Shown: positions 32,693 through 46,538 of the stretch, in pieces
Layout of the letters: each line of letters starts with the position of its first letter
How positions within the stretch are numbered: the stretch's first letter is position 1
Assembly: GCA_047495785.1 (NCBI GenBank)
Contig: JBLDXI010000016.1
Location: 806,001-870,000, forward strand
DNA from: Lepidodermella squamata
Lineage: Eukaryota > Animalia > Gastrotricha
Direction of reading: 5' to 3'
DNA length: 64,000 nucleotides
Translations under genes and position numbers: made by a program
Notes under the pieces: generated by a model
Told to the model about the DNA's origin: nothing
The model's database searches: none
The model's input: the letters and a program-made list of their open reading frames with translations, nothing else

Positions 32693-35348
32693 CTAGCGAT
32701 TCTCAGACACAACAGTTCTTGACCTGACACGGCGCGCGAATGATTCGTAGGCCTGTCCACTGACTTCCTCAGACACAGAATAATGGTGAATAGCGCTAGC
32801 GGAACGAGCTGCGGAATGTGTGATTTCTTCGTTATTGGCTGGATATCGAAGGACTACAGGGGTGTGAATTTCATGGCTGTAATAGGCAGCGACGGGAGAA
32901 GCGCTATCTCCCTCTTCATAAAGGAAATCCTCCCCAATTGTTTCTTTGAAGAGACCACGCCACCATTTGCGTATTCTTCTCCAGATGCCTCCAGATCTGT
33001 TGAAGAAAAATGTAATAATTCTGAAGCATTCGAAGGCGCGGTCTTACCCAAACGAAGTTTTGATCAATGACGACTGGGAATTCATTTCATCCGTTTCTTC
33101 ATGGATAGGTTTCAGCGATATGTCTCGAACAGCCCTAAATTCTCCAACATTATTGACATGCTCATTCTCCAAGCGGAAGAAGTTCCAAATGAAACGCCGA
33201 AGCATTTCAACAAAAGTTAGCGACGTGATGAACAAATCATCTATGTAAGCTTTATCGCTTATCTGAATGTCAGTCACTGTTATGGTCCAAGTAGTTCGCA
33301 GCAGAAGGTCAACAGCCATAGCGGCGTAGTAGTACCATCTTTGCTTGAAGATGATAACCTCTCGAAGGAATTTGTTCTCTTTTGGAGCTTTCTTGTCAAA
33401 AAGACCCCAATCCATTTTAACGTCCCAAGTATACGTGTAAATCGTGCTGATTGTACCAGCGATAATCCAGAGGTAAAGGAAAGGATTGCTTGGGTCGATG
33501 ATGACAGGATTTGAGGCTGGAGTACTCGAACCATGCGTGTGGTAGTAATCCAAGGTAGACATGTTACTTGGGATTTCTGTGGTTGTAGTCACAGAACCTG
33601 GTCCTATCAAATCAGTGTCCCATGCGTTGTGTAAACTGCGGAACAGGACCACGAAAAATGTGGTTGAGTACTTCCCAGCATTTGTTAAATGGGGATGTTT
33701 ATGTCCTGTGTCGCGATACCTCCTCAAACACTGCAGGAATCGAAACCACGCAGGAATGCAGCCGATAACGTTGGTCAAAACGAAAAGGCTTTTATCGCAG
33801 GTTTTTTCAACGTCATGGGGTAGAAACTGCAGCGAACAGCAACAGATTATGAACACGAAATCTTGGAAAACCGGAACGAGACTAGTCAACTGATCCGCAA
33901 GCCAGAAATCAGCGAATTGCACGGGGAAGAACGGAGCAAGAATGATGCGACCGATGACTTTCAGCAGCCACATTCGGCTTGAGTACAGCGCAAATTTCAA
34001 AGGGTTTACTAGAAAGACAATGAGTATGCCGAATATTGCGAATGAAGCATATCTTATAGCCTCAGGATTTATGCCTGAGACGTAAGATATGTAAAACTGT
34101 AGTAGCCAGATTGTTAGCGAAACGGAGCAAACTCCAAGAAGTGCGATGCCAACCTCTATCAAATGGAACGAGGACAAGTGATCTCGGGGATCTAGTTCGA
34201 AAATCAGCACATGATTTATGCCAGACGCTGCCCATCCGTAGAAGTTAATCCCTAGAAGGAGGACCATTAACGACATGAGGAATATCCCTCGGTAGAGTCG
34301 GATTGTGATCTCCCAGAACTTCCCTTCACTCTCGAATAGTGGATCGGTGAAGTTGCTAGCTACGCAAGAATCTTGCCAACACCCGATCTCATGCTCATCG
34401 CAAACTGACCATGGTAGCAAGAATGCGATGATGATTGCGAAAATAACAAGAGCCCCACTCCAGATCCCGATGCGGAAAACGGTCCAGGCGCTGTGGTGGG
34501 GTTCGCCGAGTGGAGGAACCCGCAACAATCTCATCGCCTTTTTCCGATCTCCGCCTGCAATTTTTTCCGTCACCTCATTTTCGACATCGACCATTAGCTT
34601 GAAAATGGCGCGGTTCGAAACGAGGGGCGATCTATCAACGACCTCCCCGCACCACTTCAACCCTTTTTCCGTCGTAAATAGTTTGTCGTGCTTTTTCATA
34701 ATTTTCAAAAACGCGATTTGATTCAGCTCTTGGTAGTTCTGGAGAAGGGTTAAGTGAAGGTAGAATTCGCTGTAGGCCAGTTCGAAATCGCGAATGTTGA
34801 GAGAAGTATGCGGCTATAGGAAATTTTGAAAATTACGATCCACTCTAACACGAAAAATCATATGCTTACCCTTTCGTCGTAGTGACCAAACGCGCTGAAT
34901 TCGGTTCCGACCGCCCGAGAGATGGACTGGTAGCTTCTCTCGCGCTCGAGTTTGTGCTGATGGTCGAGGAATTCGTCGATTCTATGCCTTAATTCTTCGA
35001 TTTTCCGCTTCGCGTCTTGAATATTTTCCTGTAGGAAAGTGTTGATCTTTTGCAGCTCCTTCTCCGCAAATTCGAAGAACTCCTTCTCGAATTTTGAAAT
35101 CAATTGATCGATATCTACCTCGTCTGGGTCTAAAAATGGAATTTTCGAAAAATTATGAATTGAGGGGAAAACTTACTGTGAGATCGGAGATCGTTTTTAA
35201 AGGCTAGAATCATCTTCTTTCCTGTCTGATGTCCAACTAAGTTTAAGGTTGAGGTAGCTTAAAAACTTGATACTTTTACCTTGAACTGGAAATATTGCGT
35301 CTGCCATTCGTGCGTCATTTTAGACGCTAACTCTTCAGCGAATCTCAT
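32693..35348 (-). CDS. XPR1: XPR1/SLC53A1 phosphate exporter paralogue 1 (SPX + EXS)
   Basis: MRFAEELASKMTHEWQTQY; LAYSEFYLHLTLLQNYQELN..FLKIMKKHDK; GGDRKKAMRLLRVPPLG; GINHVLIFELDPR; FADFWLADQLTS; NAGKY; WDVKMDWGL; RRFIWNFFRLENEH..NVGEFRAVRD. A last exon (about 32996-32693) is inferred from a GTAAG donor near 33047. Confidence 0.95.
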
Positions 35349-36082
35349 CTTTCAGCCGATATTTTACCGCTTCAAAATATTGGTCGACATTTCTGCCTCT
35401 GGTTTATATTATGCTTTGACTCAACCCTGTCTTATCAGGCGTTATCTTATCTATGAACGTCCACGTAGTGTACCCAACATGCGAAAATAACCAAGGTTCA
35501 CGCATTAGTTATTCATCTTATCGGCAATATCTTGACCAAAGATTACAAGCCGCCTTGAAAAATTTTGCAATTTTTTATTTGATCAACACGTTCATCGCAT
35601 CATCGATTTCAGATGACAATATATTAATATAATATATATTAATAAAAGATTGTTGGCTCCTCAAATTTTCAGATGCTAAATATAAACAAAACTATTTTGC
35701 ATAATATCATAATATATAATATTCACAACACGTCGCAGACGTTGAGTTATTTCCATAAAAATCGAGGTATCAGATCGCTTCAAAAAAAACACAACAAATT
35801 ATTTGCTAAAAAAAATTAACGAAAAGATGGGCCATTTTTAGCGGCCCGGAAGTTTGTGTTAACAGCTTCGTTATTCTCAACTGCGATAGCGAAAGAAAAA
35901 AGAGAGCGAGCAAGCGAAATATCGGCGACGTTTTCTTTAGAGTTGCAGCAACTGAATTTCAAAGGCATTCGTGGTTAGATTCAAATTTTCACAGATAATT
36001 AATTACACGTTATGATTTGATTAATTTCAGTAGCAAAATTTAGATTTTAGAGCAATTCATTTCTCGTCCAGCGATTCAATTT

Positions 36083-36395
36083 TCCGGTATAAAAAAAATC
36101 GGTAAAATTGTCAAAAAAATTATTTTCGAGGACATCAGTTTTTGAATTTCTACCGATTTTTCCAAAATGGTGAAAAATATCTTGAAAAATCGATTTTTGC
36201 GAATTTTAATTTTTCAGAAATTTTACCGATTTTTACCCGAAAATTTGAGCCGGTATAAAAATCGGTAAAAATTGTCAAAAATTCTATTTTCATAAATATA
36301 CATTTTTTTATTTTTCTAAAATTCCTGGAAAATCGATTTTCATGAATTGATTTTTTTTAGAATTTTACCGATTTTTACCGGAAAATTTGAGCTGG
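36083..36395. repeat. Two tandem ~150-165-bp AT-rich units with internal inverted ATCGGTAAAA/TTTTACCGAT motifs
   Basis: CCGGTATAAAAATCGGTAAAA...TTTTACCGATTTTTACC(C/G)GAAAATTTGAGC occurs twice. Related CGGTAA/TTACCG-rich tracts are in dynein introns (4360-4610, 18980-19050). Confidence 0.7.
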
Positions 36396-36416
36396 GCTAG
36401 ATTTTTGTTAAGGCGT

Positions 36417-38634
36417 CTAATAGATGTAGTCTAGTGTTTGTTGGCTGTGATGCACCTTGTCCATGAAAGGATGCGGCGGTGGTACCGGCTTCGGTTTTTT
36501 CGCCGACGCGCTATTTATCGTCCCGCCGCCCGCCCTCGCCTTGCCATTCAACGTATTCGACGCTGAAATTATCCGCTGGATGCTGTTAACGCTAACCGGC
36601 GCCTTGGCGTAAAAGTACTCCTCAACCGGGAACGCGGTGTACGGGCCCGGGTATGAGCCGTGGAACGACCCGGGGTAGCTGGCCGGCGGTAGGCAGTACA
36701 TTTTCGGCGGGTAGTACGTGTGCGTCTCCTTGTGGCGCACGATCCAGAGCGCGGCGAGCAGGTAGACGGCGGATGACAGCGCGGCTAGGGTTGTTGCAAC
36801 CCAAGCGCATATGTAAGACCAGCCGTAGCGCAGGACGGACGACCGCCGTACTTCGTCCGGCCAGTTGCGCTGCAAATAGCGCGGATCTTCCGGCCGCACC
36901 CCGTTACGCTCGACGAATTCAGCCCCGTGCCAGAAAGCCATGCCAGCCGAGGCAAAAGCGGCTGGGAAAAATAGGGGAAAATGATGTAAAAATAACATGT
37001 TTTTAGGGGATTTTTGATACTTACTTGCTAGCAGAATGACGAGACCGGCGAATTTGGCGTAGCGACTCGCGGATTGCCAGCAACCGGCCGCGCCTACGAT
37101 TGAACCGCCGACTAGCATGACAATAGCGCAGATGAAGGAGGCAACAACAGCTCGACGAAGATCTGATTAAAAAAAATATGAGAAAAATTATTTAAAAATA
37201 GTAAACACCTTGGACACTCGATGCTTTCAAGTTCAAATTCGAAATTTCAAAACAAAGATTTTTTTCAAACCCCTTGAATTTCAACCAAATTTTGTAACTT
37301 CTTACAAAATATGCCAATTTTAGCTTTTCGAATGATTTAATAAATTTATGGCCAAGTCTGATGTCCGAGATAGCGATTAGATCTACTGCGAAATTTCTAG
37401 CAGAATCTAATCATGATCAATGGCGAATTGTAATGATCCACCATAAAATCATTGGAAATTTCGAAAAAGCCATTTTAGGCTCATCAAAACTAAAAAGCTG
37501 GTTCCGTTAAGAGAACGGCGGGTAAGGTAGATAGCCTGAAATTTCTCAGGGACCTGCGTTTTGATTCCATTTCAGCTTTTTCAATTGTTCACTTGTTAAA
37601 GACTTGGAATCATATTTTTCATCAATAAATTGGACAATTCAATTTTCAAATTTCAAAAGCTCATGAGCAAAGCATAAATCTGCTCTGCGATCTACGACCG
37701 CACGTTCGTCGGGATGAGATTAGCAGCCAGTATTTTCATAGGATTTTTTTTTTACTTTTCAGCTGGTTTAGAACTTACGAATCATGATCCAAAAGTCTTC
37801 CGAGTAATTTTCGCTGAAGGAATACGGCGGCTGAAGTTGATAGTCGATTGCGAAACAGCTGCCATCCGTTAGACTGTCTTGTAAGCTGGGGCTGAACAAT
37901 ATCCCTGAAAAATGAAATCCATATTAACTAATCATTCATATTCATTTCTATAGTATGGTCATTTAGACAATTTTTCACTATTTTCCGTATTTCAATTTTC
38001 AGATTTTGTTCTCTAGACGGCTTTATTTTTTTGCCCCTGAATAAATTTTGAAAAACGCACATTAGGGAGTCTGAATGGCCACAATACGACCCACAAAATG
38101 CGTGCTCGAACACCATTCCACTCCTCAAAACAACAAGTAATTAATTTGAAACATAAAAATACCATTAATTTTTTCAAAAATATTTTCCCATTAAAAATGT
38201 CAATTGAAATTTTTTTCAAATCAACCAGAATCTTTTCATGAGAATTCTATGCAAAGCTCTAATAATGAATAATCCTCAAAATTCTAGGAAAATATCTAAA
38301 AATAAATATCATCACGTAAAATTACGGGAGATACAAGTTTAGCATGATGAAGTTATGATAAAGGGTATGATAATTTTTTATAAAAAAAAAACTTACACGA
38401 AGTATTGATGCGGTCGACGAAGCATTCGCGCCACAGGCCAGAATGGCGCGTGTAGAAAATGCGGCCAATGTTAGGACCAGCGGCCATGACGCGACTCGCG
38501 CGGCCGGGCAGGGTGGTTAACGCGAGATCAACGCTGACTGTTAGCCAAAAATCTGTGCCGAACGCGAGGCCAAGCAGCGCGGCTGAAACTATCGCCAGCG
38601 ATATGGCGATGGAGAATATCAACACCGCCGACAT
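36417..38634 (-). CDS. Claudin/PMP22-superfamily tetraspan membrane protein
   Basis: Exons 38634-38397, 37904-37779, 37162-37025, 36961-36417 join in frame. TM1 followed by AFGTDFW, claudin signature SGLWRECF with a second Cys (GSCF), YGWSYICAW before TM4, and a Pro/Tyr-rich cytosolic tail. Confidence 0.9.
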
Positions 38635-41600
38635 GGCGCTGGCCTTCAATTTAAATATTTCTATCAATAATCGCTAAATTTGACTATAAAAAACATAGGA
38701 AAATCAATCAAAATATGAAAACCGACGAATAAAATTTGAAAAATTAACAATTAAAAAATTTCTTAGTTGAACGATGAAAAATTAAATTTTTCAAAATTCC
38801 ACAAATTCTTGAATTAAACTGCAAAATTAAAGAGTTTTTTTGAGAAATCTGGCATGAGAAATTCAAATTTCTCCGAATTTCCTCGATTTGCCATAATATA
38901 TTAAGGTGGGTTTCTTACTAGAAAAACCCCTTATGCAGAAATTCCTTCCAAGTGAGGCAAATTCTGAGAAAGACCCATAAAATATGGCCATTTCTTGGCT
39001 GTAGCGCCTTTTAAAAGGGGATAACAATGCCTAGACAAAGACTTATTTGCAGGTTTTTGTTGTAAACAATTATAAAATATTAATAATTGAGGTAAATATG
39101 CGCGATTTTTTCCGAGTGTTATATCGCAATAATTTGCCGAGACCTATAGGTTAAGAAATAACTTCACAGCGCACGTGTGTTGGTCGAGTGGGTAAAGGTT
39201 AAACACGCCTCATGAAGGGGCGACAAATTTCTAATTAGTCGCCGGTCGTCGGTCAGAGCCGGAATACAAGAATGCCTTGTTTGTTATTTAGGGCCGAAGA
39301 ATGGCCAATAGGTAATAAGCAGCAGGTTTGTGTTTGTGTAGCCTTCCATAAACATCATCACATCAAATCGCGAAATAGCGATTGTCGCGCGAAGGCCGCG
39401 CCACTCTTAGACTACAACTCGGCCATCATTACGCCAAGGTAAACTATACGTCATCATCACGGCTAAAAGAATGCATTAAATTAATAAGGTGGTTGGTTTT
39501 GTCGTATATACCTCCTCGCCCATTCACAATAACGATGATGGATGATGATAAGAAAGCAGCAGATGAGACTGTCGATTTTATTATTAGCTAGCCTTAGGTA
39601 TTATTACAGTATATTATTGTTTATTCCGCCGAATAATTTCAAGGCCACGTGGCTTTCAATGGCACGTGAGGTAATCATAATATACAGGCTAAACAAATAG
39701 TTGTTGTAAATCGGGGGGCGCGGGTCAAATTTTACGCTCCAACGGTGTTTAGTTTTTGAACAAAAATAATAATATTTCGCGGCTCATCTTTCTTTAGCAT
39801 CTAAAATTTGTCGCGGCAATTAGAGGCGGCAAGACATTTCTTATTTAATACGGCTATTATGATACCTATCTACATTTTTGTGTATCGTCTAAAAATGAAA
39901 ATAATATAAAACAATAAGCGTGTGAGCAGCCGCGAAAATTGGTTATTTGTTTAGCATCAGGACATTGATACTGTAAAAGAGCACGAGCTGTAAACAAGAC
40001 AAAGATTTTTCAGCCGCGGCGAGGGTAGCAACAAAAACAAAATGCAATTAGTAAAAGAAACGACGCGGTCGATTTTTGATACCCGTGTGAGACAGCGCAC
40101 GTGAATTTGTAATTGCATTTAGGTATAAAATTTATTGTTGTGAAACAAATGCGCGGTAATATATCATTTTTGTAGTACCGCATGTAACGTGACACGGCGA
40201 CAAATCTAACAAGAGAGCAGCTCTTCAAACACACCACCGACCGGGGAAGAGGATACCAAGCAGCAGCAACAACGAAGACGAGTGCAGCAGGATATATCAC
40301 CTTGCGTTAAGCCGGCGGGTACACATTAACAGGGCGACGTGTGCATGTGTTACTTAGGTGAGAAAACTCGTGACATTATTAGCTGAAAGATGAATGCTGC
40401 CCATATTATCTATCGTCTGCATCGATACGAATGACATGTGTTTCAGAGGCAGGCGGTGAAAAAGCGAGCGAACGCTCGTAACGGAAGCGCGAGGTAATAT
40501 GCATTTAATATATATCGGGCCAAATGTATGTGAGTGCTATACCTACTACACATGTGTATATGCGACAGCGCGCAAATATTTGTTAACGTTCATGTGCGGC
40601 GACACGTTTGCCGGTTTCCGAGTTGCAACCGTTCGTTCGTTCGCGCGCGCGCGATCAAAGACCGCACGCAAATAAACTCGAGCTATACTACTACTTACCT
40701 GGTATTATAAGTACGAACGATTTCGGCCGTCGTTTATAGTTTATATCTCCTCGTGTTTACCTGCTGCTGTCACCGCCCTCGCGCCTGTTTGAAACGTATA
40801 TACCATCATCATGTTAGTTACTTGTTGTAGTCGCGGGCGGTCAAGCACCGGCGCAAATACTATACGCATAAACAAGTCGGCAAGAGAGCGCAGCGGCTTT
40901 TCGCCGCTCAAGTATCGGTAGCAGTGTTTACGTAATTAGCGAAAAATAATCGCCAAAAAACAAGCCTCTCCTGCGGCCACTCACTCAACTTTATTACCGG
41001 CAGCACGTTGTCTGAAACAAACAAATAATACCTATTAAACAGTGGCGGCAAAGCGTGGCTTTTCACTTGCTGTTTGACTTTCAGCGTAATCTGACATGAT
41101 GATGGTGGTAATGATGATGATGGCGGTTGCGTTTGTTTTGCCGCAAAATGCGCGGCTCGAAAAACACCTGGCTGCGCCCAAATCTCGTCAAATTACGCGA
41201 AACTACGGGATAACTCGTTAAAACATGACGAAAGTTGATACCCCAGCCAAGGATTAAGATTCAGGAGCCTCAATATAAATAATCTCATAGCATTTTCTAT
41301 CGACTAGCAAAATTATTAATGACTGCCATCAAATTCGGCAAAAATACCTTGGTAAGAAAAAATTAAATACTCGCGGAATAATAAATTGAAAAAATTAAGA
41401 ATTAAAAAATAATGATAACGTTATTCCGTTTAAAAAAAATCACAGAAAATATCACAGAAAATTTCAAAATATGAATACAGAAAAATTCAATTTTGGGATT
41501 TTAAGCAAAACTATCGAATTTTTTTCAATATTCATTCAAAAATTCGAATAATTAAAAATTGTTTAATAATATATTTTTGACATTGCGCCATTCAGAAGAT

Positions 41601-41961
41601 TGAAACTGGAAAATTCGAGAAAAAAATCAATTTTTTACTAAGCTTTTACAATTTCGTTTTCAATGTGAATGTCGGGTCATAAACAGATGAAAATTCATTT
41701 CTATGAAAAATATCAAAACTTACAGAATTCGGATCTCGCGAGAATCCGTCAAATGGGAAGGTAAAACTCCGAAACTCAACGCAAACGTGATAAATTACCC
41801 TTGAAACGCAAAAATAAGGGATTTAGATGAACCATCAAGAAAGCGTGAGCTTTGATTTTCACTCGCCTTTATTAATAACCGCCTAAAAATGAAAAACATT
41901 CACAAATGGAAATGAGACCACATAGAAATCCAAAATTTTTGAAAACATTAGAAGAAATGTT

Positions 41962-43174
41962 TCACTGCATAAATATGCTCTTATTGCCCTCGTAGTCCCG
42001 TAAAACACGTAAACCACGCTGCGGCTGCCACGTTTTGCTATACTTGAGATCTGTTTTGTTACTACCGGTCGGCAAAATGCCAGGGGTTCGAATTGCCGTG
42101 GTCATATTCATAGGCCAGGGTGTTTCGAGATAAACCGGAGTTCGGTAACTAGGCGGCAATTTCCGCCGGTTATAAGCCGGCTCATTCATATTCGTCCACT
42201 TCACATCGCCACCATACTCATCGGCAATAAACGATTTTTCTTGCCCAGTTTGGGGTAACGCTCGAATTCCGTGAAATTGTGACCTAAAAAATGTATCAAA
42301 ATACTTCCAAAAAATAAAAAAAAATTGAAAACGGACTTGATTGCCTCTTCGTTATCTTCATCAATTGCCCTCCTCTGTCGCTCTTGATGGCTTTCGCCCA
42401 AATGAGCAGCGCGCACAAACGGCGGCTCAGGCGATCGAGCCCCAGGTACGACTTTCTTTCGAAGTTCTTCAACCATCTGCGGCTTACTTTCGATATAACG
42501 ATGCCAAACTTCGGTCTTCTCACGCTCGTCGAGTTTTTTCAGAATTCCTCTAATCGGACTACGAGGTGAACCGTTGTCCTCACCGTTCGATACCTTGAAA
42601 CTTCTGTGTGGCTGAATTTCTGGCGGGGGTGACGTGGCGGTTGATGCTTGTCTGGTTAATCTGATGGGCGGCAATTTAGTCGAGGCTTTCAATTCTTCCT
42701 CAGAAATTTGCGCCGATCGCGAGACTTTCCCTTCTTGCAAGAAATGGATATCAGCACTATCACTTTGAACGCCAACTTCTCTCAACATCATTGTCCCGTG
42801 ACCATTTTTGCGGTTGTTAGGTTCTGGCGCTCGAAAAGGCTCAGGCGGTTGACGGCCTCGATAAAAACTACCTAGCTCGCCATATGTCGTGTTTTGCACC
42901 TTGAACTCCCATGTTTTCTTCATGTTATTTCGGTATTCGGGTCTATCTTTGAATGAAGCAGCTACTGGCTCTGTTTGACCTCCTCCATATACGTGATTCT
43001 CACTACGGTACCACGTGGCTGGTCCATTTTTACCCCAGTCGTCGTCCTAATTTACGCTGAATAAATAAGTTAGGCGAAAGTTACGGTAAAACAGACTTGA
43101 TGATACATGATTGCTCGCATGAATTCGCGGTTCTTGTCTGCGTCTAAACTGTGACGGCCAGCCATTACTTCCAT
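41962..43174 (-). CDS. Uncharacterised ~369-aa hydrophilic protein (possible ciliary protein)
   Basis: Exons 43174-43097, 43046-42337, 42283-41962 join in frame (1110 nt). No TM or signal peptide. RFX-like half site upstream. Confidence 0.7.
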
Positions 43175-43356
43175 AACTGGTGACGATTGACCCGTGAAAC
43201 GGATCGACTACGGTTTCAAGTGCGCTATCCTACGGTTTTGGACAAAAATATTGCGATATGCCACTGGGCGGAGCTAGCTGCCGTTAGAAACGCAACGACG
43301 GGAAGGAAATCAACAATGTAGGTAGCGAAAATCGATACCTCAAGGTGGAGCCAGCC

Positions 43357-43370
43357 CAAGCCTTAGCAAC
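43357..43370 (-). promoter_or_regulatory. RFX (X-box)-like site GTTGCTAAGG upstream of the 369-aa orphan
   Basis: CCTTAGCAAC on + at 43361-43370, about 190 bp upstream of the ATG. Confidence 0.4.
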
Positions 43371-44733
43371 AACAAATAATTGATTCGGGTAGCACGTAAA
43401 CTTGTAAAGCACTGCGATTATTGACTGACTCACATACAGGTAATATAATACGCGCGGTGCTTACGGTTTAAGCCAAATCACTTATGCTGAAGTATCACGA
43501 GGTAAATTTATTGGTATCAGCTCGCCCCAGCTTTCTGCCGTGCGCAACTATCCCCAAATACCAAATAACATCGATCAATCATGGTTTCAGATAGGAAAAA
43601 GTCTTAAATCTGAATATGTCTGAAACAGCTGGGATTCAATTTAAATAATCTAGTCAACAGAGAATAAAAATGTCAGAGAATATTTTGATGAATATTTCGG
43701 CCATGTTTTACATGGGTCTTGCTAGCCATTCACCTAAGACAGGATAAAAATGGCTCATTCATTATGCATGGCGGCAAGATAGTCGATGGCAAGGACCAAG
43801 TACCATAAGTCACAATTATAGGTACTAAGAATATATGGCGATGTCGGTTAATCAATAGAAGAAGTAGAAGAGAACGCATACATGGTAACCATTAAGGAGG
43901 GAAATTGACTTCAACAATTCTTGAACTTCAATTAGTCTGGTTGATCAGTGGCGTACTGAGACCAACAGCTATTTTCCTTGATCTACGTGCCCAACTATGA
44001 AATTCTCGAATCTAATGGGTCAGCCTGAATTTTGCTCAATGCCGCACTTTGCACTTTATCATGGGAGTTTTATGGATGAGATCTAGATGTATATCTTCAT
44101 TCGGACTCCGCAAAAAGGTGACCGAAGACCGAAGAAAAGATGCGCATGCATGAGCAACCTAATCGTCATTCAACTCATCAACGCATTCAGCGAAAGTATT
44201 CACAGCATGGACGGGGTCATGGATGGGGTCTCGAAGCACATCACACTAATCGAAGTAAGTAGGTGGCTGATTCGAATACTTAAGCATAAAAAACGGCGGA
44301 GTTTGCGAGAACACGTAGCCTCACTGTTTAAAGAGCGATCCATGAGACGCTTGTACCTTCCGTGCCCAGTAGCCCAGGAAGCTATAAGCTATGATATTTG
44401 TAATTTCTAGCCAGGGCGGCATTGGGGCTTTAGGCTCATCGTGAATCTTAGTAAAACTGTGTTTCGTTTTCATTTCCTAAAAGAGATTTCAGCACTGCGC
44501 CATTTTATGCCTCGAACAATCAAGGTTCACGAGTCAGCTCTCTTCATTTTCCAGAATGTCTCGACCCTAGACATAACGCCACCAACATGGAACTACGAGG
44601 AGAACAAAAGGCAATCGCGAAGAATTTCAATTTTCAAATTTTAGCGCGCCAGAGTTTTAACATAAATTATATTTTTTATTCTGAACATTGGTTATACTTT
44701 TTTTTAATTATATTACTAATTTTCTAATTTTAT

Positions 44734-44747
44734 GCGTCCATAGCAAC
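44734..44747. promoter_or_regulatory. RFX (X-box)-like site upstream of DNAL4
   Basis: GCGTCCATAGCAAC (reverse GTTGCTATGGACGC), about 900 bp upstream of the DNAL4 ATG. Confidence 0.45.
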
Positions 44748-45652
44748 CCGGTTTCACTCACTCATGTCTCTCGACTTTCTTGATTTAGGGATTCCCGAAC
44801 AACTTGCAATATATAACACATGTCTTATTTCTTTGCCGATAGCTATGTCCTGCGTATTAACGGTAACTTTGACAATCCTTGTGTTAGGGGTTAGGTCGCA
44901 CTCGTTTTGGGTCACAAGTCATGGTGTCGATTGTGCCTGATTAAAGAAGTGTTGCTCAAAACTCCAAAACGTGATTTCAGTTTTCGCCAAATAATTTTCT
45001 CTGTTCTCTAACCAAGAGGATATGGGCGCTATGACAATGACATCAGTGTTAGCTTTCTTTATTGATATCGCCTTAATCAAGGCCAGGGTTGTTGCTGTTT
45101 ATGATCTATCTTCGATATATTGGCTTATAATTTACTGATATTCAGCTGAAGATTGAAGATTACAGGATAGGACAGCGCTAGTTATTTAAAGTGTCAATTA
45201 GCAGCAACGATTGTCTTCACTTACATCTTAGAGCCCTATATAGACCACAATAGAAATTAGTGAAATTAGCTGTAGAAGAATGCAGTCACGCTATGGTTGA
45301 TTTCAGTTATGTTTGTATACCATATACCGATGGATAAATTTTTATGTCAAATTCTCAAGTTGGCTATATTCAGCTGATATCTTACTTTGTAATCAAGCAT
45401 CCCTTCAGAGTCAACTGAACAGGCCCTGGCTCATGGGTCATCTTCCTTAAGAATCAAGAATTTACTTCAGGAGTTTCGAGTCTTCAGTGTTAGTTCATTT
45501 TGACAAAACCACTAACCTGAGTGGTCGGATGAACAAGTTCACAAAACGAACATCGTGCTCGTCAAGCAAAACTTCTTCGTTGCTATTCATTTTTATCATT
45601 TTATATCGATCATACATTATTTGATTATATAGGCTTTAACTAGTCAGTGGAA

Positions 45653-46058
45653 ATGGCGGAAGAAGGTGAGGCTAAAAAGGACGATGGAAAGAAGATTGTG
45701 CACACTTATCCGCTCGTTAAAGTAAGCTGTTTACCCACGTATAGATTTATCACAGTACAGGAATCATTTATAGTCATTTTATTAAACGAATGTTCTGTTA
45801 TTTTATCAGTTCTCCGATATGACAGAGGAGATGCGCACCGAAGCTCAAGAACTTTGCGTTACCGCTTGCGAAAAATTCTCCAGTAACAACGAAACTGCTG
45901 CGAAAATGGTGAAAGACGCAATGGACAAAAAGTTCGGTCCAGCCTGGCACGTCGTGGTGGGCGAAGGTTACGGCTTTGAGATAACACACGAAGTAAAAAA
46001 CATACTGTACATGTTCTTTGGCGGCAACATGGGCATACTGTTATGGAAATGTGCATAG
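45653..46058 (+). CDS. DNAL4: Dynein light chain 4, axonemal
   Basis: Exons 45653-45721 and 45810-46058: HTYPLVK|FSDMTEEMRTEAQELCVTACEKFSSNNETAAKMVKDAMDKKFGPAWHVVVGEGYGFEITHEVKNILYMFFGG. Confidence 0.96.
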
Positions 46059-46538
46059 TTATACTATAACATATTGCTCTCTTTGTGTACACTTCAAAAT
46101 TAGCTTATTGTCATCTAACATGGACATTATACAATATAAGTATTGTATTCCATCTCACTGATTCATGTGATAAAAAAAAGAAATGAACGATTGAACATTC
46201 AAAATATTACAGCATTTATACTGTGGATCGGCCGTCTAGTAATAAAAACTGATTGATTGACTGAAAAAACCGAGTTCCACTCAATTTGAGTCCGCGTTTG
46301 ATTGAGATTTGATAGGGTGGACGATACCACTGGCGGAAAATCTGACGAGGTTGTCGATAATTCGGAGAAGCAGTAAAAACGCGATATGGATACCAAGTCA
46401 TTGCTCAGCGGCGATCATGATTTGAACTCGTAAACCAGTATAAAAGGACGGATGGACAGCGTGAAAAAATGCAATCAGGCATATTGCTATACACACACAC
46501 ACGCACACGCACCCAGCTAATTTGAGGGATATGGGAAG

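Noticed and set aside
43680-44644. ORFs 44087-44410 and 44441-44644 and flanking coding-like DNA
   Set aside because: No recognisable domain or consistent splice model. Possibly decayed, but unsupported.
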